DNA of 64,000 bases from a virus, in the IMG/VR virus record IMGVR_UViG_3300046673_000306, positions 32,001 to 96,000 of that record. The stretch is one strand, 5' to 3'. The stretch's first letter is position 1; every line of letters begins with the position of its first letter. Made by a program: the position numbers and the translations under genes. The notes under the pieces are model-generated. The model worked only from the letters and a program-made list of their open reading frames with translations. It made no database searches and was not told the DNA's origin. Below are positions 9,055 to 17,480 of this stretch, piece by piece.

Positions 9055-10231
9055 AACTTTCCAGCTAAGGCTCTACCCAAATCGTCGGCAGACGCGCTTG
9101 CTATCCAAACATTTCGGCTGTGCCCGCTTCGTCTACAACTGGGGGCTGGCAAAGAAACGGGACGAATATGAGAAAACTGGGAAGTCCTCCACATGGGTCG
9201 CTCTCTGCAAAGAACTAACCATATTGAAGCAGGGCACCTATTGGCTGTGTGAGGTAGCCACTGCTCCATTACAATCTTCTATCCGGCATCTCGACGCGGC
9301 TTACCAGAAGTTTTTCAAGGAGAAGAAAGGATATCCGGCGTTCAAGCGCAAACACGGACGTCAGGCATTTCAGTATCCGGAGAACGTTAAGGTTAACGCC
9401 GAAAAGCGTCAGTTGTATTTCCCATGCATCGGATGGGTACGCTACCTCGATGGGCGCAGTATGGACGGGCAGATTAAAACCGTGACCGTAGTGCGTAGCG
9501 CGACGGGTAAGCACTACGCGCAGGTCCTGGTTTTACTACCTGATAATATCCCTGAGAAGAAGCCTCTCGATAAGTCGCGTGCGGTTGGCATTGATGTCGG
9601 CCTGACGACATTCGCTACATTCTCTGACGGGCGCAAGGTCGCTAACCCGCGTTTCCTAAAATGGAGTCTTAAAAAGCTGGCGACGGCAAACAGGCATCTG
9701 AGTCGGACGCGGAAAGGTTCAGAGAACCGTGGCAAGGCGCGGTTACATTTGGCATTGGCTCACGAGAAGGTCGCTAACCGCAGAAAAGATTTCCTGCATA
9801 AACTGACGACACAGATGGTAAACGAAAACCAAGTTGACACCTGGGTCATCGAGACGTTGAACGTAGCCGGTATGGTCAAACTGCGGAGCCTATCGAGAAG
9901 CATTCATGATGCCAGCTGGTCGGAGTTTGTACGTCAGCTAGTGTATAAATGTGACTGGCGTGGTAAGAACTTGATAAAGATTGGTAGGTTCATGCCGTCG
10001 TCTAAGATGTGCTCTTGCGGTGCAGTAAATGATGACTTGCGTTTGGCTGACCGGACGTGGACGTGCAGGATGTGCGGGGTTACGCATGACAGGGATATCC
10101 TAGCGGCCCAGAACATTCTGAAGTTTTCTAATCTAAATACCGAGGGCAACCCGGGAATTAACGCCTCTGGAGAGGAAGGTCGTAAACTTCCCCGTGGAAA
10201 GAGGAAATCCATACGTGTTCGGAAGGGATAG
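9044..10231 (+). CDS. tnpB: RNA-guided endonuclease TnpB (IS200/IS605 OrfB type)
   Basis: N-terminal RLYP...FGCARFVYN; RuvC-I GIDVG, RuvC-II IETL, zinc finger CSCG/CRMCG, RuvC-III DRDILAAQNI; catalytic D/E/D intact. Confidence 0.95.
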   Translation: MILKTFQLRLYPNRRQTRLLSKHFGCARFVYNWGLAKKRDEYEKTGKSSTWVALCKELTILKQGTYWLCEVATAPLQSSIRHLDAAYQKFFKEKKGYPAFKRKHGRQAFQYPENVKVNAEKRQLYFPCIGWVRYLDGRSMDGQIKTVTVVRSATGKHYAQVLVLLPDNIPEKKPLDKSRAVGIDVGLTTFATFSDGRKVANPRFLKWSLKKLATANRHLSRTRKGSENRGKARLHLALAHEKVANRRKDFLHKLTTQMVNENQVDTWVIETLNVAGMVKLRSLSRSIHDASWSEFVRQLVYKCDWRGKNLIKIGRFMPSSKMCSCGAVNDDLRLADRTWTCRMCGVTHDRDILAAQNILKFSNLNTEGNPGINASGEEGRKLPRGKRKSIRVRKG

Positions 10232-10256
10232 TTGCCTTCCCGATGGACGAGAACAA
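10090..10256 (+). ncRNA. Putative omegaRNA (scaffold overlapping the tnpB 3' end, guide from the right flank); boundaries approximate
   Basis: Expected position by analogy with TnpB systems; GGAATTAACGCC.CTGGAG...AGGAA tail typical of tnpB 3' ends. Confidence 0.45.
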
Positions 10257-11184
10257 GCAGATTCAGGCGGTGGGCAGCAAGGGCCTGGAGCAGATCGCGG
10301 AGGAGAAGGCTCAGGAGCGCGGACTACAGGAGCAGGCGGCGGCTCAGGGTCAGCGGGTAGCTCCCAAGGGGCAGCCCCCGAGGATCAACAACTTCTTCCT
10401 GATCAGGACCCCGATGGAGCCGCAGGCCTTCGTCGACTTTATCGATAAGGACGTCCTGAACAAGAACGAGATCAGGATCGATCCCTGCGGCGCGATGATG
10501 GGCATGATCACCCTCCGTTTCGCCTCTGGCCTGCCCAGGCCCGGGGCGGCCCTGCCCATCGAGACCCAGGGTCCCGGGGCATCGCCCCTGGTCAAGGTCG
10601 AGAACATGATCTTGGCCAAGCTCGACGCTGGGCCGTGGCCCTGGTACGACCGGGTCTCGACCGACATCCTGACCCAGATCGTGGAGCGCCTGAACGTCAG
10701 GGCCTGGGTCTGCGGCTGGGCCATGGACAAGGCCTGGTCCTGGGTAGAGGCCTGGCGACCGCACCGCAACACCGGGACCGCGACCATGACCGAGACTTTC
10801 GATGGTCCCTCAAACGGGGAGGTGACGAGGAAGGCGGCGGAGCGCTGGGGGATAAACGTCCGGGACGCGTTCGACGCCCTACACCTGGCGGCCCAGTACG
10901 AGGCCCTGCGGAGGTGGCTGATCCTGCCGGAGCCCAGGCCCGTGCCGTTCACGGCCCACGTCAGCTACCTCGCGGGAAAGCTGCTGGTCGGGGAGGGAGA
11001 TAGGGAATGGATCGTAAAAAAATGGGAAGAAAATTTTCCCTGGCGCAGGCCCGAGGATGGGCCGCTGCACATCCAACGCTACTACCTGCCCCGGAACCAG
11101 CAGGAGATGCTGGAAAAGATCGAGCAGGATAAAAAAGGAAAGGCCCCAACCTTTCGATTGGAGCCCCCCTTCGCTGGCCTCTAG
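10243..11184 (+). CDS. RuvC-like Holliday junction resolvase (putative)
   Basis: IRIDPCGAMMG (cf. GIDPGxxxxG), VKVEN (cf. xIE) and DAFDALHLA (cf. DAADALAIA) in RuvC order; recombination-gene context. Confidence 0.6.
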   Translation: MDENKQIQAVGSKGLEQIAEEKAQERGLQEQAAAQGQRVAPKGQPPRINNFFLIRTPMEPQAFVDFIDKDVLNKNEIRIDPCGAMMGMITLRFASGLPRPGAALPIETQGPGASPLVKVENMILAKLDAGPWPWYDRVSTDILTQIVERLNVRAWVCGWAMDKAWSWVEAWRPHRNTGTATMTETFDGPSNGEVTRKAAERWGINVRDAFDALHLAAQYEALRRWLILPEPRPVPFTAHVSYLAGKLLVGEGDREWIVKKWEENFPWRRPEDGPLHIQRYYLPRNQQEMLEKIEQDKKGKAPTFRLEPPFAGL

Positions 11185-11190
11185 GTCGCA

Positions 11191-11245
11191 GGGAGCTACC
11201 CTCGGGACTCAGGATGGGTGAGTCCCTATTGTAGCATGACTTCCC
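11191..11245. terminator. Hairpin between convergent genes
   Basis: GGGACTCA (11204-11211) pairs with TGAGTCCC (11219-11226), with an outer GCTAC/GTAGC extension. Confidence 0.45.
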
Positions 11246-11250
11246 TCCGA

Positions 11251-11562
11251 TTACAACCGGCCCAGGCGCCGGTCCTGCTCCCTCTTGAACGCGAGTATCG
11301 ACCGCAGGCCCTCCTCGTCCCAGAACCGGGGCCGCATCCGCTTGTGGTCCTTGCCCTTGGCTCCCTGGGGCTTGCCCATGCGCCTGCCCTTGGGGAAGGC
11401 TGGGTCAGTCTTGTCCAGGCGAATGACGTAGCTCTGGCTCCAGCCCACGATCCTGGCGACGTCGCCCGAGGAGTAGAGCTTTGTCTGCGGCTCCGGTTCC
11501 TCGGTCTTGGCGATCGCCTGCGCCAGGACCTGGCGGGAGACCGGCCTCACTTTGTTTTCCAT
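11251..11562 (-). CDS. AlpA/MerR-like HTH DNA-binding protein
   Basis: LYSSGDVARIVGWSQSYVIRL...FPKGR...RFW. Confidence 0.7.
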   Translation of the reverse strand: MENKVRPVSRQVLAQAIAKTEEPEPQTKLYSSGDVARIVGWSQSYVIRLDKTDPAFPKGRRMGKPQGAKGKDHKRMRPRFWDEEGLRSILAFKREQDRRLGRL

Positions 11563-11574
11563 GGTACCTCCAGA

Positions 11575-11748
11575 TCAGGCTTCGATTTCTTCACGGTCCT
11601 GGACCATTAAGAACCCATCACAGCATTCGAGTCCGCAGGGACAGGCGGTCGCCCGCAGCCCAGCTTGTCGCATTTGAACCCTGGACAGCCTGCTCTTTTT
11701 AGAGAACTTGTCCAGGAATTGCTCCTTCGTCATCTTCGGCGACCACAT
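11575..11748 (-). CDS. Small Cys-rich protein
   Basis: GAGGAGG SD; ACPCGLECCDG. Confidence 0.55.
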   Translation of the reverse strand: MWSPKMTKEQFLDKFSKKSRLSRVQMRQAGLRATACPCGLECCDGFLMVQDREEIEA

Positions 11749-11775
11749 ATCACTGTCCCTCCTCGTCACCTATTA

Positions 11776-12552
11776 TCAGGATTTGCTCTCCGGACCCGGA
11801 AGCATCAGGACCGACTTGTGCTTGGCGATCGTCAGGGCGAGACGATCCGGCGTCTTCGTGAAGTCCTGGATACGGCGGTTCAGCTCGGCCATAGCCATCA
11901 TCAGGCCGTGGAAAAAGAGTGCGGCCTCGTCCGAGTATGGCATCTCCTTGGCGTCCTCGGGGAGGCTGAACGACACCCAGGAATTGAGGCGTTCTGCGGG
12001 GTTGTCGTGGCCGTGGTGGTCTCCGCCCTCCCCATAGTAGCTCTCGTAGGTGACCTCGGACTGGTCTCCCCAGGTCGTGGTGACCTTGAGGGAGGCCTCA
12101 GCCCCCACGGTGAGTGAGAAGCCTCCCTTCGATCGGTGGCTGGCGCAGTGTCCCCCGTAGGTCTTGTCTCCTATGCCATCCCTCCACTCGGCGCCGGGGT
12201 ACCTAGCGTTGGGGAAGATGCGCCCTTCCTTATCCGTGGCGAAGGAGACGTGGGACTCGATGTTGTAGCGGATCACGGGGTCCTTAGTGACGGTCGGCTC
12301 CATGAAGGCCTCATGGGCCTTCTTCACGGCGTCCTCCAGCTCCTTGAAGGTCTCCATCCCAACCGTCTTAAAGAACCCCTCGCGGCACCGCCGCCGATTG
12401 TCGATTTTCCTCTCAGGGAAGGAGACCTTCAGCTTGTTTGGGACGTGGGCGTAGAAGGCTCCGGTGGCGCTGATCTCCACCGAGACCTTGAACTTGTCGA
12501 CGGCCCCGGCGTCGTTCTTCGCGACGAACTCGACGTCCTTGAACTTGGGCAT
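11776..12552 (-). CDS. Hypothetical protein
   Basis: 258-aa ORF with SD in a tight operon. Confidence 0.8.
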   Translation of the reverse strand: MPKFKDVEFVAKNDAGAVDKFKVSVEISATGAFYAHVPNKLKVSFPERKIDNRRRCREGFFKTVGMETFKELEDAVKKAHEAFMEPTVTKDPVIRYNIESHVSFATDKEGRIFPNARYPGAEWRDGIGDKTYGGHCASHRSKGGFSLTVGAEASLKVTTTWGDQSEVTYESYYGEGGDHHGHDNPAERLNSWVSFSLPEDAKEMPYSDEAALFFHGLMMAMAELNRRIQDFTKTPDRLALTIAKHKSVLMLPGPESKS

Positions 12553-12555
12553 GGT

Positions 12556-12708
12556 CTACTCCGTCCTTTTTTCCTTGGCGATTAAAATATCCAATGGGTC
12601 CATCTGGTCTTTAGATAAGATTTTTTCAATTCTGCTCGTAATGAGTCTTGGTGCTCGGTACTCGGACCAGCCATCGATCCAGATGCCAAACTCTGGGTTC
12701 TCGAACAT
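12556..12708 (-). CDS. Small hypothetical protein
   Basis: Fills an operon gap; 50 aa. Confidence 0.45.
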   Translation of the reverse strand: MFENPEFGIWIDGWSEYRAPRLITSRIEKILSKDQMDPLDILIAKEKRTE

Positions 12709-12712
12709 GTTC

Positions 12713-13021
12713 CTACTCTTTCGACCACCCCGCCTGCACCAGCCTGATCCCCAGGTTGAGGACCCACATCGATGTTGGGCAGATCGTCCCGGGTTGCAGG
12801 CCATTGAGGTCGCGGACCATGGCCTCGGCCCAGCGCTCCTTCTGGTCGCGCTCATTGAGCCCCGCCCAGTGGCGCCACCCCTTCTTGTAGAGATCGATGA
12901 TGAGGTCCTTCGCCCAGAAGGGCACCGTGCAGCCCTTGAAGCCCATGTCGTGGCCCATCGCTTGGATGGCCTCCTGTAACTCCGCCCTGGTGGGCCCCGC
13001 CTTGATCTTGATGCGGTCCAT
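12713..13021 (-). CDS. Hypothetical protein
   Basis: GGAGG SD; 102 aa. Confidence 0.7.
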   Translation of the reverse strand: MDRIKIKAGPTRAELQEAIQAMGHDMGFKGCTVPFWAKDLIIDLYKKGWRHWAGLNERDQKERWAEAMVRDLNGLQPGTICPTSMWVLNLGIRLVQAGWSKE

Positions 13022-13041
13022 GGTCGCCTCCCTAGCGCCTC

Positions 13042-13617
13042 CTACAACCCGGCCTCGCGCAGCGCCTTGCTGATCTCCTTGTTCTGCTCATCGGTGTAGC
13101 CCGTGAAGGTCTTCTGGTCTCGCTTCCATCCTCTGGACTTGACGAACTCGTCCTTGAAGGCCTGGTACTTGGCCACGCGCTCGATGCGCTCCTGCTCGGC
13201 CCGCTGTTCAGCCGCGATCTCGGCGCAGACCTCGCGCTTGATCATGAGGGGGTCGAGGCCCATGAACTTCATGAGGTGGTGGAGGGTCCCCAGGATCGTC
13301 CTGGCGTCGTCCTTGCCCACGAGGTTGTAGAGGTAGGCCTCGCTGAAGAAGGGCTGGTCCTCATCGCCCTTGCTGTAGCCGTCGGCGCTCTTGAACCCGC
13401 GCAGCGGCGGGGCCTCCAGCTTCAGGCGGAGGAGTTTCCTGAAGTAGGCCTTGGCGTCCTCGACCTCGGGGACGTACTCGGCGTGGGTGACGACGGCCTC
13501 CTTCGGGAGCGACCTCTCTACGCGCCGGGTGTCGTGGTTTAGGGCCGGATAGAACTCGCCGGGCTTCTCCCCCTCCATGGGGGGCAGCGGGACTTCGACG
13601 GTCAGTCTCATCTTCAT
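13042..13617 (-). CDS. Hypothetical protein
   Basis: ATGA overlap; 191 aa. Confidence 0.75.
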   Translation of the reverse strand: MKMRLTVEVPLPPMEGEKPGEFYPALNHDTRRVERSLPKEAVVTHAEYVPEVEDAKAYFRKLLRLKLEAPPLRGFKSADGYSKGDEDQPFFSEAYLYNLVGKDDARTILGTLHHLMKFMGLDPLMIKREVCAEIAAEQRAEQERIERVAKYQAFKDEFVKSRGWKRDQKTFTGYTDEQNKEISKALREAGL

Positions 13618-14291
13618 GGTTTGGGTTCCTCTTTGTGCTCCAGCAGCCCCTGGGCGTGCTGGCGCAGCTGCTCCAGGCCGGTGCGGCGAACGGCGGCCTC
13701 GATGAAGCCGCTGACCTCAGCCTTGGACTCGGCCACGATCTCGTCGGCGCTGTCGTTGAACTGGTCCATGAGGAAGGTCATGTGACTCTTCATCTTCAGG
13801 GCGATCTCCGCCGTCAGATCGATGATCCTCTTCTTGTCGGCGGCGAGAAGGGACTTCTTCTTCATCAGGGTCTCGACCTCGGCGCCCATGGCGTCAAACT
13901 GCTTCTTCCACTTGGCCATGTCGGCGGCGAAGGTCTGCCTGATCTTCTCCGCGCGCATCGGGACGTTGGGTAGCGGCTCCACGGGCTTGCCCGCGAGAGC
14001 CCGGATCGTGCAGGGGGTCCCGGGACCGCTGTTCATGGTCGTGATCATGGACGCGAACTGGGACTCGCTCATCATGACCTCGATGATGTGGTCGCGCTCG
14101 AAGTAGTGGTCATCGCCCAGATCGTGGACGACCTCGCACCGGCTGATCTCCAGGCTGATCCCGCTGTGGTTGTCTACAGAGGACCCGAAAAGCCGGTAGG
14201 CGCCGCGAACCCTGGTTCCGCCAGCCGTCCAGCGGGCGATGCTGATGAGGCCGTAGGCGGGGTGCGTCTCCGGCTTAGCGTTTGGGTCCAT
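13614..14291 (-). CDS. Conserved phage hypothetical protein
   Basis: HPAYGLI...LFGSS...IIEVMMSESQFA...GTPCTI motif seen in phage proteins. Confidence 0.8.
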   Translation of the reverse strand: MDPNAKPETHPAYGLISIARWTAGGTRVRGAYRLFGSSVDNHSGISLEISRCEVVHDLGDDHYFERDHIIEVMMSESQFASMITTMNSGPGTPCTIRALAGKPVEPLPNVPMRAEKIRQTFAADMAKWKKQFDAMGAEVETLMKKKSLLAADKKRIIDLTAEIALKMKSHMTFLMDQFNDSADEIVAESKAEVSGFIEAAVRRTGLEQLRQHAQGLLEHKEEPKP

Positions 14292-14638
14292 TACAGTGTC
14301 CTCCCATGAACTTTATCCCAACGTCTGACAACGGCAATCGCCCTCCGGGCCATTTCCTCACACGCGTCGTTGTCTGGACCAAGGTCCCGGCGCAGGGAGT
14401 CGACGACTAGGTCAGTGAGTGATTTTTTGATCCGCATTTTACTATGAGCCTGGGCCCCCTCCGGATACTTCAGCAGTCCAAGACTCCTGAGGCACATCCG
14501 GCACGTGACCTTGCTCAGGTCTGTGGTCAGATACGGCGGGTTCACCACGGATTGAAAACGATACTGCCACAGCCCACATGTGGGGACAAAGAGCTTAGGA
14601 TTCGGGTGCTCGTATTTGAAGTGGATAGCATGGGTCAT
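14291..14638 (-). CDS. Hypothetical protein (H..C..CxxC, possible zinc binding)
   Basis: GGAGG SD; ATGA overlap. Confidence 0.6.
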   Translation of the reverse strand: MTHAIHFKYEHPNPKLFVPTCGLWQYRFQSVVNPPYLTTDLSKVTCRMCLRSLGLLKYPEGAQAHSKMRIKKSLTDLVVDSLRRDLGPDNDACEEMARRAIAVVRRWDKVHGRTL

Positions 14639-14934
14639 CGCCGCCTCCGTCCGTACTCCAGAATTTCTGGGCTGGCTTCCTTGATCCACTGATCGAGCGC
14701 GCGCTTGTTCGGGAATGTGCAGAAATTGGTGTGCACATAGTCGATGCCGTTGAACCGCGAGGTCGTGGCCGATCCATTTAGGCGCATGATATCACGGATT
14801 AGGGAACCATCGGGGTCGGGCTGCACGACCTCGACCTGCCACTTCCTCTCGTAGTGGCGGGTCTTGCCCCAGAAGTCGACGCCGTTCTTGTTCGGTACGA
14901 GTTTGATCGCGGCGTGGCGGACGATGATTTTCAT
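14635..14934 (-). CDS. Hypothetical protein
   Basis: 99 aa; ATGA overlaps on both sides. Confidence 0.65.
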   Translation of the reverse strand: MKIIVRHAAIKLVPNKNGVDFWGKTRHYERKWQVEVVQPDPDGSLIRDIMRLNGSATTSRFNGIDYVHTNFCTFPNKRALDQWIKEASPEILEYGRRRR

Positions 14935-15086
14935 GATCTCTCTTGGGCGTCCCTGGCGTCACGCTCTGCTCCAACCTCAGAGAAGTAGGGGCCGTGCCAC
15001 GGCTCGGATTCGGTCGGAGATATCGGCCTCCAGAACCATCCTCTTTCATCGTTAAGGAATTCAGCCCAGGCCTCGATCTTTAGCAT
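14931..15086 (-). CDS. Small protein MLKIEAWAEF...GWFW...GPYFSE (51 aa; not in the ORF track)
   Basis: Translated by hand; coupled overlaps with both neighbours. Confidence 0.6.
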   Translation of the reverse strand: MLKIEAWAEFLNDERGWFWRPISPTESEPWHGPYFSEVGAERDARDAQERS

Positions 15087-15508
15087 CACACCCTCTCCCT
15101 AGCGATCGCCATGGCCAGCCCGTCTCTGGCCGGTCCCGTGATCCCGCACGCGTCCATGGTCACCAGGGCCTCGACGGCGGCCTGGAGCAGGGTCGGGACC
15201 TCTTGGCGAACGGTCGCGACGGCCACGGTCATGGGCGCGACGCCGGGCGCCTGGAGTTCTGGCAGGGCCCCGGGGACTGGGCGCCCAAGGTCGATGAAGT
15301 CGAAAACCTTCTCCACGTTCTGGAATTGGCAGCAGCCCTTGGTCCCGCGCTCGTCCAGGTACCAGACATAATTCCCGAATTGCGAGGCAGAGAAATTATA
15401 TCTGTAGAATGAAGTCCCGCGCATGACCGGCGTCAGGCCCTGGGCGATCCGATCCTGGATCAGGCTCAGGGCCTCGTCGGCGCTCTCGATCTCGGGTTCC
15501 GTATTCAT
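15086..15508 (-). CDS. Hypothetical early protein, probably leaderless
   Basis: ATG 6 nt after the -10 box of promoter copy 2. Confidence 0.7.
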   Translation of the reverse strand: MNTEPEIESADEALSLIQDRIAQGLTPVMRGTSFYRYNFSASQFGNYVWYLDERGTKGCCQFQNVEKVFDFIDLGRPVPGALPELQAPGVAPMTVAVATVRQEVPTLLQAAVEALVTMDACGITGPARDGLAMAIARERV

Positions 15509-15548
15509 AGTGGTATTGTACCAGGTAATACTGATGCTGTCAAGACCC
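15509..15548 (-). promoter_or_regulatory. Sigma70 promoter, copy 2
   Basis: GGGTC-TTGACA (15543-15538), 17 bp, TACAAT (15520-15515). Confidence 0.88.
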
Positions 15549-15597
15549 GGGCCAGAATCTGGGCCCCGATCCGGTTGAGGTCCCATGTCCAGTTTTT

Positions 15598-15637
15598 GGG
15601 TCTTGACAAGATCAGTTCAACCTGGTACAATACTAAT
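15598..15637 (+). promoter_or_regulatory. Sigma70 promoter, copy 3
   Basis: GGGTC-TTGACA 15603-15608, 17 bp, TACAAT 15626-15631. Confidence 0.88.
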
Positions 15638-15880
15638 ATGACTGAAACCAAGATCGACCTGGATCAGGACGAAGCCTACCTGATGAACGACGAGCTGTCC
15701 CGCCTCAGCGAGGACTACCATAGGGACGAGTCCGTCAAAGCAGCGGCCAAGGACTTACTGGCGGCCCTGAAGGGCCTCCTCTCGGACAAGTACTTGGCCG
15801 ACCCGATCAACGCCGACAGAATGACCGCCGCCCGCCTCGCCGTGGACAAGGCCGAGCCGTGGAGGAAACCGAGATCATGA
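15638..15880 (+). CDS. Small early protein, probably leaderless
   Basis: 80 aa; AAKDLLAALK..L...ARLAVDKA motif common in small phage proteins. Confidence 0.7.
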   Translation: MTETKIDLDQDEAYLMNDELSRLSEDYHRDESVKAAAKDLLAALKGLLSDKYLADPINADRMTAARLAVDKAEPWRKPRS

Positions 15881-15888
15881 TTCCGTCT

Positions 15889-15928
15889 GGGTCTTGACAA
15901 GCTGAGTTCAACCTGGTATAATACTATC
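15889..15928 (+). promoter_or_regulatory. Sigma70 promoter, copy 4
   Basis: GGGTC-TTGACA 15894-15899, 17 bp, TATAAT 15917-15922. Confidence 0.9.
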
Positions 15929-16051
15929 ATGACCATGAAACTGATGACCAAGGAAATCCGAAACCGCATTCGCATGGGCCTGGGAATCGAGCGCGACCTG
16001 AGCTTCCGGCCCACGCCTCTGTCCAAGATCAAGTCCGGGGAGGTCAGATGA
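15929..16051 (+). CDS. 40-aa basic leaderless ORF (MTMKLMTKEIRNRIRMG...)
   Basis: ATG 6 nt after the -10 box; ATGA overlap with the next gene. Confidence 0.55.
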   Translation: MTMKLMTKEIRNRIRMGLGIERDLSFRPTPLSKIKSGEVR

Positions 16052-16788
16052 ACATGGATGGCCAGCCGGTCCTGCCGGGCATGGAACCACTGCGCTACCA
16101 GATCGAGGACGCCGAGCACCGCCGGGACTACGTCCCGGTCCGGTGCGCGATCTGCGAGAAGGAGATGACGTACGACGAACACCAGAACGCGTCCTGCGGT
16201 GAGGAGGCCACCCAGTACGAAGGCGATCCGATCTGTGAGACCTGCTACTGCGAGGATGAGGCCGAGGCCACGTTAAGGGTCTTTGATGCGGATAACCCGG
16301 AAGGCGAGGGAGACTATGGAACCTCGATCTTCGAGATCGGGTCCTGCAAGAACATGACCGCTTGCGACGGCGACATCGGGACCTGGCGGACCAAGTGGGT
16401 GAGAACCGATGCCTGGCGCGGCTATATCGACCTGATCCCGCCCAAGGACTGGGCTCAGTTTCACTCCGACTGCTCGCTCATGGCCTCCGAGGACTCGGCG
16501 ATGCTGGAAAAGTACGACGCCGCAGTACGCAAGGCCTTCATCGCGAAGGGCGTGCGGCTGATCCGGGCTGCGCTCAGGACCTCGAACTGCTGCTCCACTG
16601 GGGTCGATTACTTCGTCGAGAAGAAGTTCCTGAAGTGGGCGACTGCGGCGTCGCGCAAGCTCGCCGACGTCTTCCGGGACCCGGTCCGGTTCAATATGAC
16701 GGCGATCACGGGCAAGGACCCGGCGAGCGCCGGGGTCGACGACTACGTCGTGGCCGCGCTCGGGGCCAAGCTCCTGGGAGGGAAATAG
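16048..16788 (+). CDS. Hypothetical protein with CxxC...CxxC
   Basis: 246 aa; GGAGG SD; WVRTDAWRGY motif. Confidence 0.78.
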   Translation: MNMDGQPVLPGMEPLRYQIEDAEHRRDYVPVRCAICEKEMTYDEHQNASCGEEATQYEGDPICETCYCEDEAEATLRVFDADNPEGEGDYGTSIFEIGSCKNMTACDGDIGTWRTKWVRTDAWRGYIDLIPPKDWAQFHSDCSLMASEDSAMLEKYDAAVRKAFIAKGVRLIRAALRTSNCCSTGVDYFVEKKFLKWATAASRKLADVFRDPVRFNMTAITGKDPASAGVDDYVVAALGAKLLGGK

Positions 16789-16789
16789 C

Positions 16790-16954
16790 GTGTTCAAGAT
16801 AAAAATCGATACTGATTGCATCGCTGCCGATGACCGGGAGCAGGAAATCCACAGGATTCTCCAGCGCGTGGCCGTCAGGGTCTGCGCCGGAGAAACGTCT
16901 GGGAAGTGCATGGATATCAATGGAAATTCCATTGGGGACTGGGAACTACAATGA
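16790..16954 (+). CDS. Small protein MFKIKIDT...EIHRIL...DINGNSIGDW (54 aa; not in the ORF track)
   Basis: GTG start after GGAGG; ATGA overlap; motif typical of small phage proteins. Confidence 0.65.
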   Translation: MFKIKIDTDCIAADDREQEIHRILQRVAVRVCAGETSGKCMDINGNSIGDWELQ

Positions 16955-17478
16955 GCGGAATCGCGAGCAAGCCGATCATTGTAACGTCCAAGGTTTACGC
17001 CAAGATCAAGGAGTGGGCAGACGCCGGTCGCGTCGTCAACCACTTCCTGTGCCAGGACCTCTCGTGCCTGACAACGTACTTCTCCCCGAACCCCGAGTGC
17101 TGCTGCCCCAACCACGCCTGGGCCTGCCCCGGGAAGATCGAGGCCGCAGACGTCAAGCTCGCGGACCTCAAGGTCGAGGCCGTGGTCGCTCAGCCCGTGG
17201 CCTTCAAGGACTTGGTGATCTACTGGAGAGAGTCGAACCAGATGTCGATCGTCCTGGAGATTCCCGGACACTGGCGCCCGATCAAGGCCGTGTCCTTCGG
17301 CTATATCGGCGGGATCATGGGCATGGACCGGGCCACCCGCGCCGAGATCAAGCGCGAGCACGGCCAGAAGAAGCCGACGAAGTGGCTCAAGGCCGCGCGT
17401 GAGGACGGGTCCCTGGAGGATATCCTGAACCGGTTCGGCTACACGCTGAACGCCGAGCCCAAGGTCCTGGAGGCCTGA
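16951..17478 (+). CDS. Hypothetical protein
   Basis: 175 aa; coupled start. Confidence 0.7.
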   Translation: MSGIASKPIIVTSKVYAKIKEWADAGRVVNHFLCQDLSCLTTYFSPNPECCCPNHAWACPGKIEAADVKLADLKVEAVVAQPVAFKDLVIYWRESNQMSIVLEIPGHWRPIKAVSFGYIGGIMGMDRATRAEIKREHGQKKPTKWLKAAREDGSLEDILNRFGYTLNAEPKVLEA

Positions 17479-17480
17479 CC

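Larger units (their letters stand above)
8896..10236 (+). mobile_element. Non-autonomous tnpB-only element with 22-bp imperfect TIRs and an 8-bp TSD
   Basis: TTCCCGAT at 8888-8895 and 10237-10244; ends GGTAATTATCCCTTGACAACAC and reverse complement GGCAACTATCCCTTCCGAACAC match at 17/22; lower GC than flanks. Confidence 0.88.

Noticed and set aside
8896-10236. Cas12f/type V CRISPR system
   Set aside because: No repeat-spacer array or cas genes; size and motifs fit TnpB
15509-15928. CRISPR-like repeats
   Set aside because: The repeats are promoters in both orientations separated by ORFs
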